Of a stretch of DNA of 64,000 bases, positions 25,975 through 38,900 are shown piece by piece. The translations under genes were made by a program, and so were the position numbers. The stretch is from Balanoglossus misakiensis (Eukaryota; Animalia; Hemichordata). The first letter of the stretch is position 1, and every line of letters starts with the position of its first letter. The notes beneath the pieces were generated by a model. The model was not told where the DNA came from and ran no database searches. It saw nothing but the letters and a program-made list of their open reading frames with translations. The DNA lies in contig CM082582.2 of assembly GCA_040954595.2 (NCBI GenBank), forward strand, positions 2,774,303 to 2,838,302, read 5' to 3'.

Positions 25975-28858
25975 AAGGCTAGCCTTTTACCTGAAGGTGT
26001 CAACTGATGTTGGTTCGAGACCACTTTTTATTCTATTTCTTTTTTTTTTGTGAGAACATTTAACGACATTATCATTTTAATTTTTATCATTTTCATAAAT
26101 CCAATTCATTTCAATATCTACGCTGCGTTTTTTATCTGTCGGGTATAAGAAATATGCACGGAAACTTGGTCATTTTTTGTCGCAGTTCACTTGGGCAAGT
26201 CTGAATACGGAGTGCTCAGAAGAGAGAAAGATAAACTCGCTAAAACCGTGTCTTTCCGTCCGAATGACCAACCAAGGAACGAAACAGTCGTTATTTAGGC
26301 CGTAATAAAACGTTTTTGTCGCCGAGGAGTGAATAAAGAACGGTCAGATCGTTGCGGTGCAGGGGACTCTTATTTTGCACCGCTGCGGTGCAAATTAGAT
26401 CATTGGAGTTATGCTGCAATATAGTGCGGAAAATTTCCGACTTTTTCGAGTACACATCGTGATGGCGAATGGTTCAGGAAGGCTAGCCTTTTACCTGAAG
26501 GTGTTAACTGATGTTGGTTCGAGACCACTTTTTTTTCTATTTTTTTTTTGTGAGAATTTTTAACGACATTATCAGTGTAATTTTTATCATTTTCATAAAG
26601 CCAATTCATTTCAATATCAACGCTGCGTTTTTTATCTGTCGGGTAAAAGAAACATGCAGGGAAACATGGTCATATTTTTGTCACGGTTCACTTTGGCAAG
26701 TCTGAATACGGAGTGCTCAGGAGAGAGAAAGATAAACTCGCTAAAACTGTGTCTTTCCGTCCGCATGACCAACCAAGGAGCGAAAAAGTCGTTATTTAGG
26801 CCGTAATAAAACGCTTTTGTCGCCGAGGAGTGAATAAAGAACGGTCAGAACGTTGCGGTGCAGGGAACTCTTATTTGCACCGCTGCGGTGCAAATAAGAT
26901 CATTGGAGTTATGCTGCAATATAGTGCGGAAAATTTCCGACTTTTTCGAGTACGCATCGTGATGGCGAATGGTTCAGGAAGGCTACCCTTTTACCTGAAG
27001 GTGTCAACTGATGTTGGTTCGAGACCACTTTTTTATTTTATTTTTTTTTTGTGAGAATTTTTAACGACATTATCAGTGTTATTTTTATCATTTTCATAAA
27101 GCCAATTCATTTCAATATCAACGCTGCGTTTTTTATCTGTCGGGTAAAAGAAACATGCAGGGAAACATGGTCATATTTTTGTCGCGGTTCACTTTGGCAA
27201 GTCTGAATACGGAGTGCTCAGGAGAGAGAAAGATAAACTCGCTAAAACCGTGTCTTTCCGTCCGCATGACCAACCAAGGAGCGAAAAAGTCGTTATTTAT
27301 GCCGTAATAAAACGCTTTTGTCGCCGAGGAGTGACTAAAGAACGGTCAGATCGTTGCGGTGCAGGTAACTCTTATTTGCACCGCTGCGGTGCAGGGAACT
27401 CTTATTTGCACCGCTGCGGTGCAAATAAGATCATTGGAGTTATGCTGCAATATAGTGCGGAAAATTTCCGACTTTTTCGAGTACACATCGTGATGGCGAA
27501 TGGTTCAGGAAGGCTACCCTTTTACCTGAAGGTGTCAACTGATGTTGGTTCGAGACCACTTTTTTATTTCTTTTTTTTGTGAGAATTTTTAACGACATTA
27601 TTATTGTAATTTTTATCATTTTCATAAAGCCAATTCATTTCAATATCAACGCTGCGTTTTTATCTGTCAGGTAAATAAAACATGCAGGGAAACATGGTCA
27701 TATTTTTGTCGCGCTTCACTTGGGCATGTCTGAATACGGAGTGCTCAGGAGAGAGAAAGATAAACTCGCTAAAACCGTGTCTTTCCGTCCGAATGACCAA
27801 CCAAGGAACGAAAAAGTCGTTATTTAGGCCGTAATAAAACGTTTTTGTCGCCGAGGAGTGAATAAAGAACGGTCAGATCGTTGCGGTGCAGGGGACTCTT
27901 ATTTTGCACCGCTGCGGTGCAAATTAGATCATTGGAGTTATGCTGCAATATAGTGCGGAAAATTTCCGACTTTTTCGAGTACACATCGTGATGGCGAATG
28001 GTTCAGGAAGGCTAGCCTTTTACCTGAAGGTGTTAACTGATGTTGGTTCGAGACCACTTTTTTCTATTTTTTTTTTGTGAGAATTTTTAACGACATTATC
28101 AGTGTAATTTTTATCATTTTCATAAAGCCAATTCATTTCAATATCAACGCTGCGTTTTTTATCTGTCGGGTAAAAGAAACATGCAGGGAAACATGGTCAT
28201 ATTTTTGTCGCGGTTCACTTTGGCAAGTCTGAATACGGAGTGCTCAGGAGAGAGAAAGATAAACTCGCTAAAACCGTGTCTTTCCGTCCGCATGACCAAC
28301 CAAGGAGCGAAAAAGTCGTTATTTATGCCGTAATAAAACGCTTTTGTCGCCGAGGAGTGACTAAAGAACGGTCAGATCGTTGCGGTGCAGGTAACTCTTA
28401 TTTGCACCGCTGCGGTGCAGGGAACTCTTATTTGCACCGCTGCGGTGCAAATAAGATCATTGGAGTTATGCTGCAATATAGTGCGGAAAATTTCCGACTT
28501 TTTCGAGTACACATCGTGATGGCGAATGGTTCAGGAATGCTACCCTTTTACCTGAAGGTGTCAACTGATGTTGGTTCGAGACCACTTTTTTATTTCTTTT
28601 TTTTTGTGAGAATTTTTAACGACATTATTATTGTAATTTTTATCATTTTCATAAAGCCAATTCATTTCAATATCAACGCTGCGTTTTTATCTGTCGGGTA
28701 AATAAAACATGCAGGGAAACATGGTCATATTTTTGTCACGCTTCACTTTGGCAAGTCTGAATACGGAGTGCTCAGGAGAGAGAAAGATAAACTCGCTAAA
28801 ACCGTGTCTTTCCGTCCGAATGACCAACCAAGGAGCGAAAAAGTCGTTATTTAGGCCG
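25975..28858 (+). repeat. Satellite array, ~500/530-bp unit, ~5.7 copies
   Basis: cattggagttatg recurs at 26401, 26901, 27432, 27930 and 28458. Long units carry an extra 30-bp subrepeat. Units contain the palindrome ttatttgcaccgc-t-gcggtgcaaataa or a close variant. Confidence 0.97.
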
Positions 28859-29847
28859 TGTAGCGGCACACAAACAGACTTCCTTTTATGGCCAACTATA
28901 TAGTCTGCTGCGCACTGCTTGGGGTAAACAGTCAGGGTAGATCTCTCCGCAATGCGTCCCTCTTTAACAAATCACTGCTAGTGTCAAATTCCTTGTCACA
29001 GGGTTTATTCGACACTATACAAAGACGTGGAACGGTAAACTTAAAGACGTGGAACGTAGAACGATTGACTGAAAATAAAATAAAATAATACACTACATAA
29101 GTATTTGTCACTGTTACACAACTCGAGGGTTCAAAGGTCAAGTTTACCACCTTGAACCATGGCCTCTTATGTATGGCGCCCTCTAGAGGCAAGAAGCATG
29201 CACTTGCCCCTTCTAAAGTACTTTGCATTCCAAAGCCTAATTAATTATGCATAAAGCACTTTCAAACAGAAGAAACTCTAAATCTATAAAATACATCACT
29301 GCAGTCAAAAAGCAACTTGTGTCCGATGAACTGTCTAAATCAGAGTCCGTGGAAAGTCTCTTGGTATGAAATATGATGTGTAAAACTGATTTGAAAATTG
29401 CCACATGCCATCTCTGCCAGGAGAGAATGGCCAACTTGTGTGGTACTCACAGTCCACGAATAAAACTTGATTTCTACAGAATATTTTGGCTCGAAAATAG
29501 GCTTACCAGAATTATGTGACCTCCTGGCTGTTAGCCCATCAAAACAATACAATTCATGGACTGGTCCGTCCCCTTTTGAGTGTGTTAGAAGCACAAAACC
29601 GACACTCTCTCTTCAGCACAATGCTTGCTCTTTGAAAACCCATGTGCTTCTGAAACCTAATACTTACACTTGACTGAAGTTGAACTTTGATATGGTATTA
29701 CGTAATGGGGGTAATGCCCTTGACAGGAAGTATGAGTCACCGTTATACAAGTGCCTTGACCTAGTGTCGATACTAAGCAAATTTAAGTCAAACAGAAACC
29801 ATAGGAATAAAACTGCTACTTTAAGCTAAATATTTTTGGCCGTAACA
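28859..29847 (-). mobile_element. BEL/Pao 3' LTR (989 bp); left-arm copy
   Basis: TGT...ACA ends (tgttacggcc...gccgctaca on the minus strand), preceded by the purine-rich tract aattaggggaccggaa. Confidence 0.9.
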
Positions 29848-29971
29848 TTCCGGTCCCCTAATTGTAAGGAAATGCTTTCTGAGCAATTACCAAACTAGTA
29901 ATAGGTCCAAAAATTGTCAAACATATATTGTCATTGCCACTTAGCTGCATGTGTCCACTTTTCAGTCGTTT

Positions 29972-32900
29972 CTATACCACATCAGCTTCCAACAGCACAC
30001 ACAATTTGTCCACTGGTCGATCCAGGGTCGATGTTTTGGTCTTCACCGTTGCAACACGCACAAATCCCTTCTTGTCTCTTTTCACATCGATGACCACTCC
30101 TAGGGGCCAGGAATTTCTTGGTGCAGAGTTGTCCACAATCAAGACCACGTCCCCCACGGTGAGATTTCTCCTGGGTTTGAGCCACTTCTGCCTTTCCTGC
30201 AGCAGGGGGAGATATTCTTTAACCCATCTCTTCCAAAATATGTCTGCCAGGTACTGTACTTGGCACCACCTGCGACGAGCGTAGTTGTCGTTCTTGCAAA
30301 ATATACCAGGTGGTAGATTCTGTGTGGGCTGCTACATCAGTAGATGATTCGGTGTGAGAACTTCAAGATCATTCGGATCATCAGATAGCTTGGTGATGGG
30401 GCGACTGTTGATAATGGCTTCAACTTCACAGAACAACGTCTGCAGCGCTTCATCATCTAAACGAATAGCCTGTTCTTTCATCAAGGAGAACAATATCTTC
30501 CGTATGGTTCTGATCTGACGTTCCCATATTCCTCCGAAGTGAGATGCCGCTGGGGGGTTGAACTCCCACTTCACACTGTGTTGATATAGGGCTTCAGATA
30601 TTTTGTGGTGATTCCACTTCTCAATTTCTTCGTGTAGTTCACGATTGGCACCGACGAAATTGGTTCCGTTGTCAGATCTGATCACTTTCACTTGTCCTGT
30701 TCTTGCTGTAAATCGTCGAAGGCTGTTGATGCATGAGTCTGTATCTAGCGAGTGTGCCACTTCGAGATGTACAGCCCGTGTCGCCAAACAAGTAAAGATC
30801 ACTCCATACCTCTTCACAGTGCTGCGACCACGCTTGACTTCCAACGGGCCGAAGTAGTCTACACCTGTTCTCGTGAATGGTGCTTCTTCTGGTGTGATGC
30901 GGTCTGCCGGCAGGTCTGCCATTTTCTGCTCACCGACCTTCGCTCTGTATCTTCGACAGATCACGCATTTTGCTATAATGCTACGGACTGCAGTGTTTGC
31001 TCGCAGGATCCAAAACTTCTCCCTTAGGCTCGCCAACATTGAGTTTCTTCCCATATGTCCGACCGCACGATGTATCTCTTCTAAGATGAGTCTCGATACT
31101 GGAGTGTCCCTTGGGAGGACCATTGGGTGCTTGCTTTCTTCTGGTAGTGACGCTCGCTCAAGACGTCCGCCAACACGTATTATCCCATCTTTCAGCATCG
31201 GATCCAGCTTGTAAAGCGGGCTGGATTTCTTCACTTCTTCACCTTTCTGTAGGGCGGTGACTTCTTCCGGGAAGTGACAATGTTGTGTGTAGCGTATAAT
31301 CGCCTTCTCTGCTTCTTGTAACATTTCGAATGGGAGTGCTAGAATTTCACTTTCCTCCTTACTTCCCCTCTTTCTCATCTTTTCTTTGCTGAGCTCTTCT
31401 TTATCTTTCGTCTCAGGTTCTTCATCGAGATTTTCTCTCAGCATCCTTTTCTGTTTAACTAATCTTCTTAGCTTTTCCTTCGCCAACAGAATCCATCCCA
31501 CTGTCTTCTTGAGTTTCTTCCAGACGGAAACACGTGATATGATGTCATCAATCACCAGTGTGGATGTGTCTGCTATTACGGTGTTTATCTGTTTCTTGAC
31601 CTCTGGGTCATCCTCCGGTATAATCTTCGATACCGATTGTTGTGTAGGCCATTCATTCTCTGGTCCCCATAGGAACGCTGGGCCTTCTATCCATCTCTTG
31701 TTTCGGAGAAACTGGTGTACAGTCAGCCCTCTGGAAGCATCGTCAGCCGGGTTAGACTGTGTGTTTACGTACTTCCATTGGTGCATTTCCGAACCTTCAC
31801 GAATTATGTTGATTCGATTTGAAACAAAGGTGTGGAAACGGGTGGTCTCGTTGGCGATGTATCTCAGTACTGACATGCTGTCTGTCCAGAAATATACCGC
31901 ATCTATACGCTGATCCAACTCCCTCTCCAACAACTTGTTCATTCTGACTGCCACGGTAGCTGCCATCAATTCCAAACGAGGAATGGAGGTCTTCTTGAGT
32001 GGTGCCACTATGGCTTTTCCCATCAGTAGAGCGCAGTGAATTTCTCCGTCTTCATTCATCAGGCGAACATAGGACGCAGTTCCATACCCATGCTGACTTG
32101 CATCGGAAAAATGATGTACTTCACACCGCTTCACCTCTCCAAAATCAGCCGGCTTGAAGCATCTATCTACTGACAGTTCTTCTAGTTTTGGGAGATCGGT
32201 TAGCCATTGTCGCCATCTCTTCTGATCTCCTTGACTGATCGTCTGGTCCCATCCGAGATTTCGGTGGCACAGATCCTGTAGTAATATTCTCGCTGGCAGT
32301 ATGAACGGTGATGCTAATCCCAGCGGATCGTAGACCGAACTGACGACTGATAATATGCCCCTTCTGCTTACAGGTCTGTCTTGGATGTCTATTTTAAATC
32401 CCAGAGTGTCTGGTTCGACCGACCAATACACCCCTAGAGCACGTTCGGTTGGCAGGTCATCATAGTCGAGCTTCAGTTGCTTAACTTCTTTGCCTCTCTC
32501 TTGTACGGGAATAGATTCCAAGACCTCACGACTGCTACTGATCCACTTCGTCAGACGAAAGCCTCCCATCTGGCAAGCTGCTGTCAGTTCTTGTGCTAAC
32601 TTCATAGCTTCGGGCACACTACTCACTGACTTGAGACAGTCGTCCACGTAGAAATTTCTCATAATGGTGTCGATGACTTCAGTATTGAATCTGTGGCTGT
32701 TGTCTTGAGCAGTTCTGTGTAGGGCTGTATTCGCACAACTTGGAGATGATACTGCTCCAAATAGATGAACCCGCATTTGGTAGACTTCTGGCTGGCTGTT
32801 AATGTTTCCCTCAGGCCACCAATAGGAGCGTAGACAATCACTGTCTTCTTTGGGCACCTGTACTTGGTGAAACATTGCTTCTATGTCTGCCATCAGCGCT

Positions 32901-33442
32901 ACTGGTTCCTGACGAAATCGCAACAGCACACCGACAAGATTGTTAGTCAGATCCGGCCCTTGTAATAATAGGTCATTGAGAGATATCCCCTGGAACTTCG
33001 CCGAACAGTCAAAGACAACACGGATCTTCTCTGGCTTCTTTGGGTGATAGACTCTGTGATGAGGTATATACCATATCCTCCCATCGTCTTGCTGTGGCCT
33101 CTCTTGCTGAACTTTGACAGCGTAGCCCTAGTCAATTATATCTGACATGAACTTCTCATAGTCCTCCCGGAACTTGGGATTTCTTCTGAATTTCCTCTCA
33201 AGTGACTTCAGGCGATTCAGAGCATACTGCTCATTGTTGGGTAGTCTGACTTCTTCACTACGAAATGGTAATCCAATTTCGTAATGTCCATCTTTGAGTT
33301 TGATTGACTTGTTCACTTCATTCAGGAACTTCTTGTCCTCCTGTGAATGCTCTCTTTTATCATCAATGACTCGTTCTGGAAAATCCAAATTGATTGCGTG
33401 TCGCACTAACTGGTCTAATTTCTTCAGACCTTCCGCCAACAC
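29972..33442 (-). mobile_element. BEL/Pao LTR retrotransposon pol (RT, Pao A17/RNase H, integrase, DUF5641-like tail); 5' half missing; left-arm copy
   Basis: ADIEAMFHQV, HLFGAVSSP, FYVDD, HHFSDAS, IPRLEL, GVDYFGP, SDNGTNF, GGIWER and [11 protein letters not shown]. Stops at 33128 (shared with the right arm) and 30332 (private). Confidence 0.95.
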
Positions 33443-35917
33443 GTTACATTGTTATGGTAATGTTATTTACTAAGTATGTGTGTTTGCTGTTCGTTGTCTA
33501 TTATTATTGATCGCTATTAAACGGTTGCAGTTCATTGCACGTCAAGTTGGTCTGTCTTTATTGCCGTGGTGGCAGCGGTTTTCGAGTCCACGACCGCTAA
33601 GAAGCCTTCAACAAAGAGAAGACTATATGGACCAAATACCCGTGCAGGCTATTTAAATGCAACCAAGCTGAGCTGTTGAAAAGTTCACCGACGTACGTTA
33701 CGGTAGGAAAAACATTCGTCACAGGCACCATCTCAGGTACCTATTTATAGCCTTGTTGCAGTACTTACGTAACTATCGACATCAAGTTCTATTGTTCCTT
33801 GTGTAATTTATGCACAATGGCCACTGCTCGTGCACCGAAACAATGGCAACTCACGAAGTGCGAGACCATAAACTCCTTCGAAAATTGGAAACAAAACTTG
33901 ATATACATCTTGTCACTGGACCCGAATTTTCGAGTATTTTTGAGAGACGGATTTACTTGGCACAAGAAAACCTCAGCCAATCCTTACAGAGGTCTTGTTG
34001 ACGATGATGAGACAATTCCTGAAAACCAAAGGCAGACTGCTGCACAGAAAAACGCTCATCTTGACCTTATGTTAGGTCAAATAGCAAATTATTGTTCGAT
34101 TATCTCAAGGAACTCTATTATAAAGCAGTCGACGTCATTAAATGACATATGGCAGAAAATTCGTCAACATTATGGCTTCCAATCAACAGGAGCGCACTTT
34201 CTCGATTTGAGTAGCATTCGCTTACAACCCGACGAAAAGCCGGAAGATCTTTATCAACGTATCGTCGCATTCTATGACGATAATCTCCTGACCAGAGAAG
34301 GTGGCATCACTCACCACGGTGAAGTTATTACTGCAGATGAAGATGTTACACCAACTTTAGAAAATACTATTGTCTTTCTTTGGCTGCAGTTGGTCAACCC
34401 TGGCTTACCTCAACTGGTCAAACAAAAATACGGATCTGACTTACGCAATAAATCGCTCACTTCACTTAAACCGGAAATCTCTCAGGCAATGCCATCACTT
34501 TTAGATGAGTTGCATAGCATAGAGGACAGCAAAGTTATGCGTACCGGCATTTTTAATGCATATAAGCCGCAGCCATATAAGCCGTTTTCGCGTACAAACC
34601 GGCCATTTCCACGTCGTAGACAGCCTGTAAAATCATGTATCTTATGTAGAACTGCAGGTAGACAAAATTTCACGTCACACTCCCTCGTCGACTGCAGATT
34701 TCTACCAGATGAAGATAGAGCGAACTTCAGTCGCTCCCGTTATGTTCAGAATGATGCTGAAGAGATTGATTATTACAATCCCTCCGATACAGTTGATTAC
34801 GAATCCAGACCAGACGAGAATCCTGTAAATGCCCTCATCGATGAACCACATGTCATGCGTGTCAATATAATTCAGTCGCCCTTTCTCAACACATTCTACC
34901 AGCATTATCCTGTGAAGGTAACTCTTGATACAGGTGCAACTACAAATATGATCAAGTCTGCTTTTGCTAGATCTATTGGTCTACCTATAACCCCTGCTTC
35001 ACAGATGGCCCGCCAGGCTGACGGGATTACGCCAATGGATGTCATTGGAGAAGTTCACTGCCAATTGTCACAAGGAAGTTATACCTTTACTTTAGATGCT
35101 TTGGTGGTGGAAAACCTTGATGTTGATGTCTTGGCTGGGAATCCCTTTCATGTCAGTAATGATATCGCTACACGCCCTGCTAAGAGGCAGATCGTTATCA
35201 AGGGGTCAGATATTATTTATTATGGCCAGCAGCAACACCACACTGCTTCGATCCGCCGTACACAAGCCTATTTAATCCGTTGTCCATCAAAACGTACTCT
35301 ACTTCCAGGGGAATTTATCGAACTTGAAACACCCCCCTCCTGTAACCCAGATTCATTATTAGCTCTGGAACCCCGTTACGACAATCCTCTGAATCAATCA
35401 ATAAAAGCTACATCTGCTTGGCCTCAACCCCAGGAAATACAATCTGTCGACCATACATTACGTATTATAAACTCGACATCAGAACCTATCCTACTTAAAC
35501 GCCATGATCACCTCTGTCAAGTACGACTACTATCTCCTGCTCCTTTGTCTGACGCAGGTAAAAGTACCCAGTCCACTACTTCTGCTTTGCCAAGTACCGG
35601 TGTACGTGAACCATTCTCATCTGGAATATCCCTTGACCCAGACAATCAACTTACACGCTCCATTAAGGATGAATTTATCAAATTGCATCAACAATATGAT
35701 GATGTCTTCAATCCGACAATATCTAAATATAATGGAGCTAGTGGGCGTATTGAAGCCACCGTCAATATGGGCCCGGTATTACCTCCACAAAGGAAAGGTC
35801 GGCTCCCTCATTACAACCGAGAAACATTAATTACACTACAGGACAAGTTTGATGAGCTAGAAGCCGTTGGGGTTTTCGCCAAACCAGAAGATGTAAACAC
35901 AACAGTGGAATATCTAA
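33441..35917 (+). mobile_element. Gypsy/Ty3 LTR retrotransposon 5' half (LTR remnant, PBS, gag-protease, start of RT); left-arm copy cut at the palindrome centre
   Basis: PBS tggtggcagcggt at ~33567; uninterrupted ORF 33799-35917 with the LDTGA aspartic protease motif; identity with the minus-strand copy stops after tatctaa (35917). Confidence 0.93.
33567..33579 (+). promoter_or_regulatory. Primer-binding site of the Gypsy element, complementary to a tRNA-Leu 3' end
   Basis: TGGTGGCAGCGGT is the complement of ...ACCGCTGCCACCA; mirror copy at ~41207-41219. Confidence 0.7.
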
Positions 35918-38900
35918 TGGAACAGTGTCACCGAGTTGCATGAAAGTGGGCGGCGCTAGGCTCTCACCTTGTTACAGGCATCATTATGGCCTATATTTTA
36001 AGCAGTACTTATTTAAGTATCCAGTCTCCAGATTCTTGCCACGATGGTGGTTTCCTAATTCTCGAGGATCGACGTAGCTCTTTCACTGGGGACGTACTAT
36101 TGTTGCTGTTGCCCTTGCATGGTGAAGATGATGGTGATAAAAGTGGCGATGGCGCTATATTTATTGGTGGGCTATTTGGTGGTGCCGGTATAGTCAATTC
36201 AGCATTTGGTATGTCCGCCAAATTTGGTGTCGATATTACTGAATGTGTATGTGTTGCCTCTGCTGGTGTCAGCGGCAGAAGAGATTTTGACACGGTTTGG
36301 TTTGTTTCTTCCATCGGAGCTGCATCGTCATCATTACTCTTGTCAAGGCCTCTGATTGGACCTGACTGTGACAATACAGTGGGCCTGATGGGATAACAGT
36401 CCGAAAGCTTGACGTTATACGTCTTCGAGCGTAACTGTGTATTGGTAAATTTTCTTATTTGGCATTTATCGTCGGTTATACTGGTTACCAGATATTTATC
36501 CCTGGCGTGGGTTTTATCTCTTTCTCTATACAGGTAGACAAGATCCCCAACTTTGAAGTTATTGGTTGCCATAACTGTTTTACCATGGGCTTTGCTTTTG
36601 GAACTTGATGCATGGTTTTGTATGCAACTGAAGTGTTGATTTAGGATAATTTGTCTGTCATCCAGGGGAAGTTGTTCGCCAGTGATCTGGTCTCGTTGAG
36701 TCCATATTTCTCTAGCGGATAATCCATCACGTCTAATCCTAGCATTCATGCTTGCCGTTGCTAGTGCCAACGTGACACTAGTCAGGGGACCCCCATCTGG
36801 ATTGATGTTCAGGCATTCAAGGCCTAATTCCTTCATTGCATTTTCAGCTACTGGGTTTTTATTTACATTCTTCACCTCGCCAATGTCCAGCTTGATATGT
36901 AGTTTTCTCAAAAGAGGGTCTTTGGTAAGAGCGATTAATCCAGGACCTGAGTCGATACGGATCGTTATTTCATCATCTCCAAGTGGCCGAATGCCAGCAC
37001 AAAGGGATATGATAGCATCTCTTATTGTATCATGGCGCTCATTGTCAATAAGTGTTGTCATGGTAAATGATGATGCGGTTTCACGAAGTACAAAAACACA
37101 TTGTCTGTATCTTCGCATGATGTCTGCAGCATACAACCGCCCAATCTGGTGTTGGGGAGGTGAAGTGGACTGTGGGATCAGACTTGTGGGCACAGATTTT
37201 AGTGAGAGACAATGGTGGCAAGTAAGACAAGTGTTTTCGATGGCCTTGTCCATATCGAGTGCGTAGAAGTATCTTTGAAGGAGGCATTTCATCTGGTGTT
37301 TAGTGGGATGATGGAAACGTATATGAATAGCAGTGAGTAATCCATCGATGACACTTCTAGGCACTACTATACGTTCTCTGGTAGGTTGAAATGGCTGATT
37401 ATCAGTCACTACTAAGAGACCATCGTTGGCAATGGTAACATCGCGCAGATACCGTTTGACATCTTGTATTTTAACCAACTTCTTAGATGGCCGGGTACCT
37501 TGCGCCAAATGAGAATGGGTGCGCCGCAGATCTGGGCATTCAAGTTGAACGGCTCTCCAAGCTGCGCGATTCGTAAAGGACATCTTTGCTGTCCCCTCAA
37601 TCACATCTGAGATGGAAATAGAGCGGATAACGGACTCTTCCATATCGACAATGAACTTGCAAACTTGACAGCTCTTGTCAGTACATTCGGCAGGATGACG
37701 GCTTGCGTAATCTGTTGGAATATTAGCTACACCTGCTATATGTTGTACATTGATAAGGTAGCGGCTAACAATCGATAGGAAAGTAGATACCCGTGAACTG
37801 GTCGAGAACTTGCCTCGTTTTAGTTTTTCATATGCCTGTACACATGGCCTGCTGTCTGTCAGGAGCTGCGTTGCGTGCTTTGATTGAAGAGTATATGGCG
37901 CAAAGTGCTTGACTGCTGCTCCGATGCAAAGAGCTTCAATTTCACAAGGTAACCATGTGATTTGGTGTTTTCTCAGTTTTGCACTGAAAAAGCCGGACAG
38001 GCGCAATTTGTTACCTCGACACGAATATAGAGTAGCTGCTATCCCCCTTTCTTTTACAGAGCCATCAGTAACGATCAATAACTGGTCATCTGGGTGTGGA
38101 ACAGTGATGGTTTTGTTATTTTTCAATGCTTCCTGTGATGCTCTGAAAGACTGTAGAAGGTCATCTGACCAGGATACTTTCTCTTGAGACTGTCTACCTG
38201 CTGTAGCTCTGTCCAATGGGTCCAACAAATCCGCATAGCCTTTGAGTACACGGCTTAAAGCTTTGTAGGCTCCTACGAAGGACCGTAGACCTTGGACAGT
38301 AGCTGGCGGATTTACAGATGCTAATGCTGCTATTCTATGCGGGCTAGCCTTCAAAGTTCCGTTAGCCCATATCCAACCAAGGATGGTAGTAGATTTTGGA
38401 CATATCACTGTCTTCCTGGCTGACAAACGTAAGTTGTTTGCTTGCAAGCAAGAAAGTGTTCTCTTCCAGTTTTGCAGAGTCTCTTGCTGAGTGCTACCGC
38501 CAACGTACAAATCATCAGCTATTTTAGTGACGCATCCTTCTTGTATTAGACGTCCAAGCACTCTACTCATATGTTCTTCCAAGCACGTTTCGGACCCAGG
38601 CATCCCCATTGCAGAACGTGTATAAACTCGTATGCCCTTAAATGGGGTTGCTACTCCACAATATTTCATGGATTTTGCTGCTAGGGGAATCTGATAATAA
38701 GCTTGGTTGAGGTCAGTTTTGATGACATAGATCCATCTTGCTACATCGCGTAGGACATTGTCCACATTAGACATAAGTGATGGCTGTGGTTTACTATACT
38801 GACCAACTTCACCAAATGATGTGACCAAGCGGTTTCCTCCATTTGGTTTCTTTACTAGAAAGGACAGATTTAGATATTCCACTGTTGTGTTTACATCTTC

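Larger units (their letters stand above)
23986..35917. repeat. Left arm of a giant inverted duplication
   Basis: Reverse complement of 38870-54861. ORF translations are near-identical in opposite orientation (e.g. 33799+ vs 40987-, 32929- vs 41857+, 24645+ vs 54172-). Confidence 0.97.

Noticed and set aside
25975-28858. Regularly spaced palindromes (ttatttgcaccgctgcggtgcaaataa) suggesting a CRISPR array
   Set aside because: The intervening ~470 bp are themselves repeated, there are no cas genes, and the context is eukaryotic; this is a satellite.
26409-29673. Repeated short ORFs (e.g. MLRREKDKLAK..., MQSTLEGAS...) as a gene family
   Set aside because: They are translations of satellite units and LTR sequence, broken at variable homopolymer runs.
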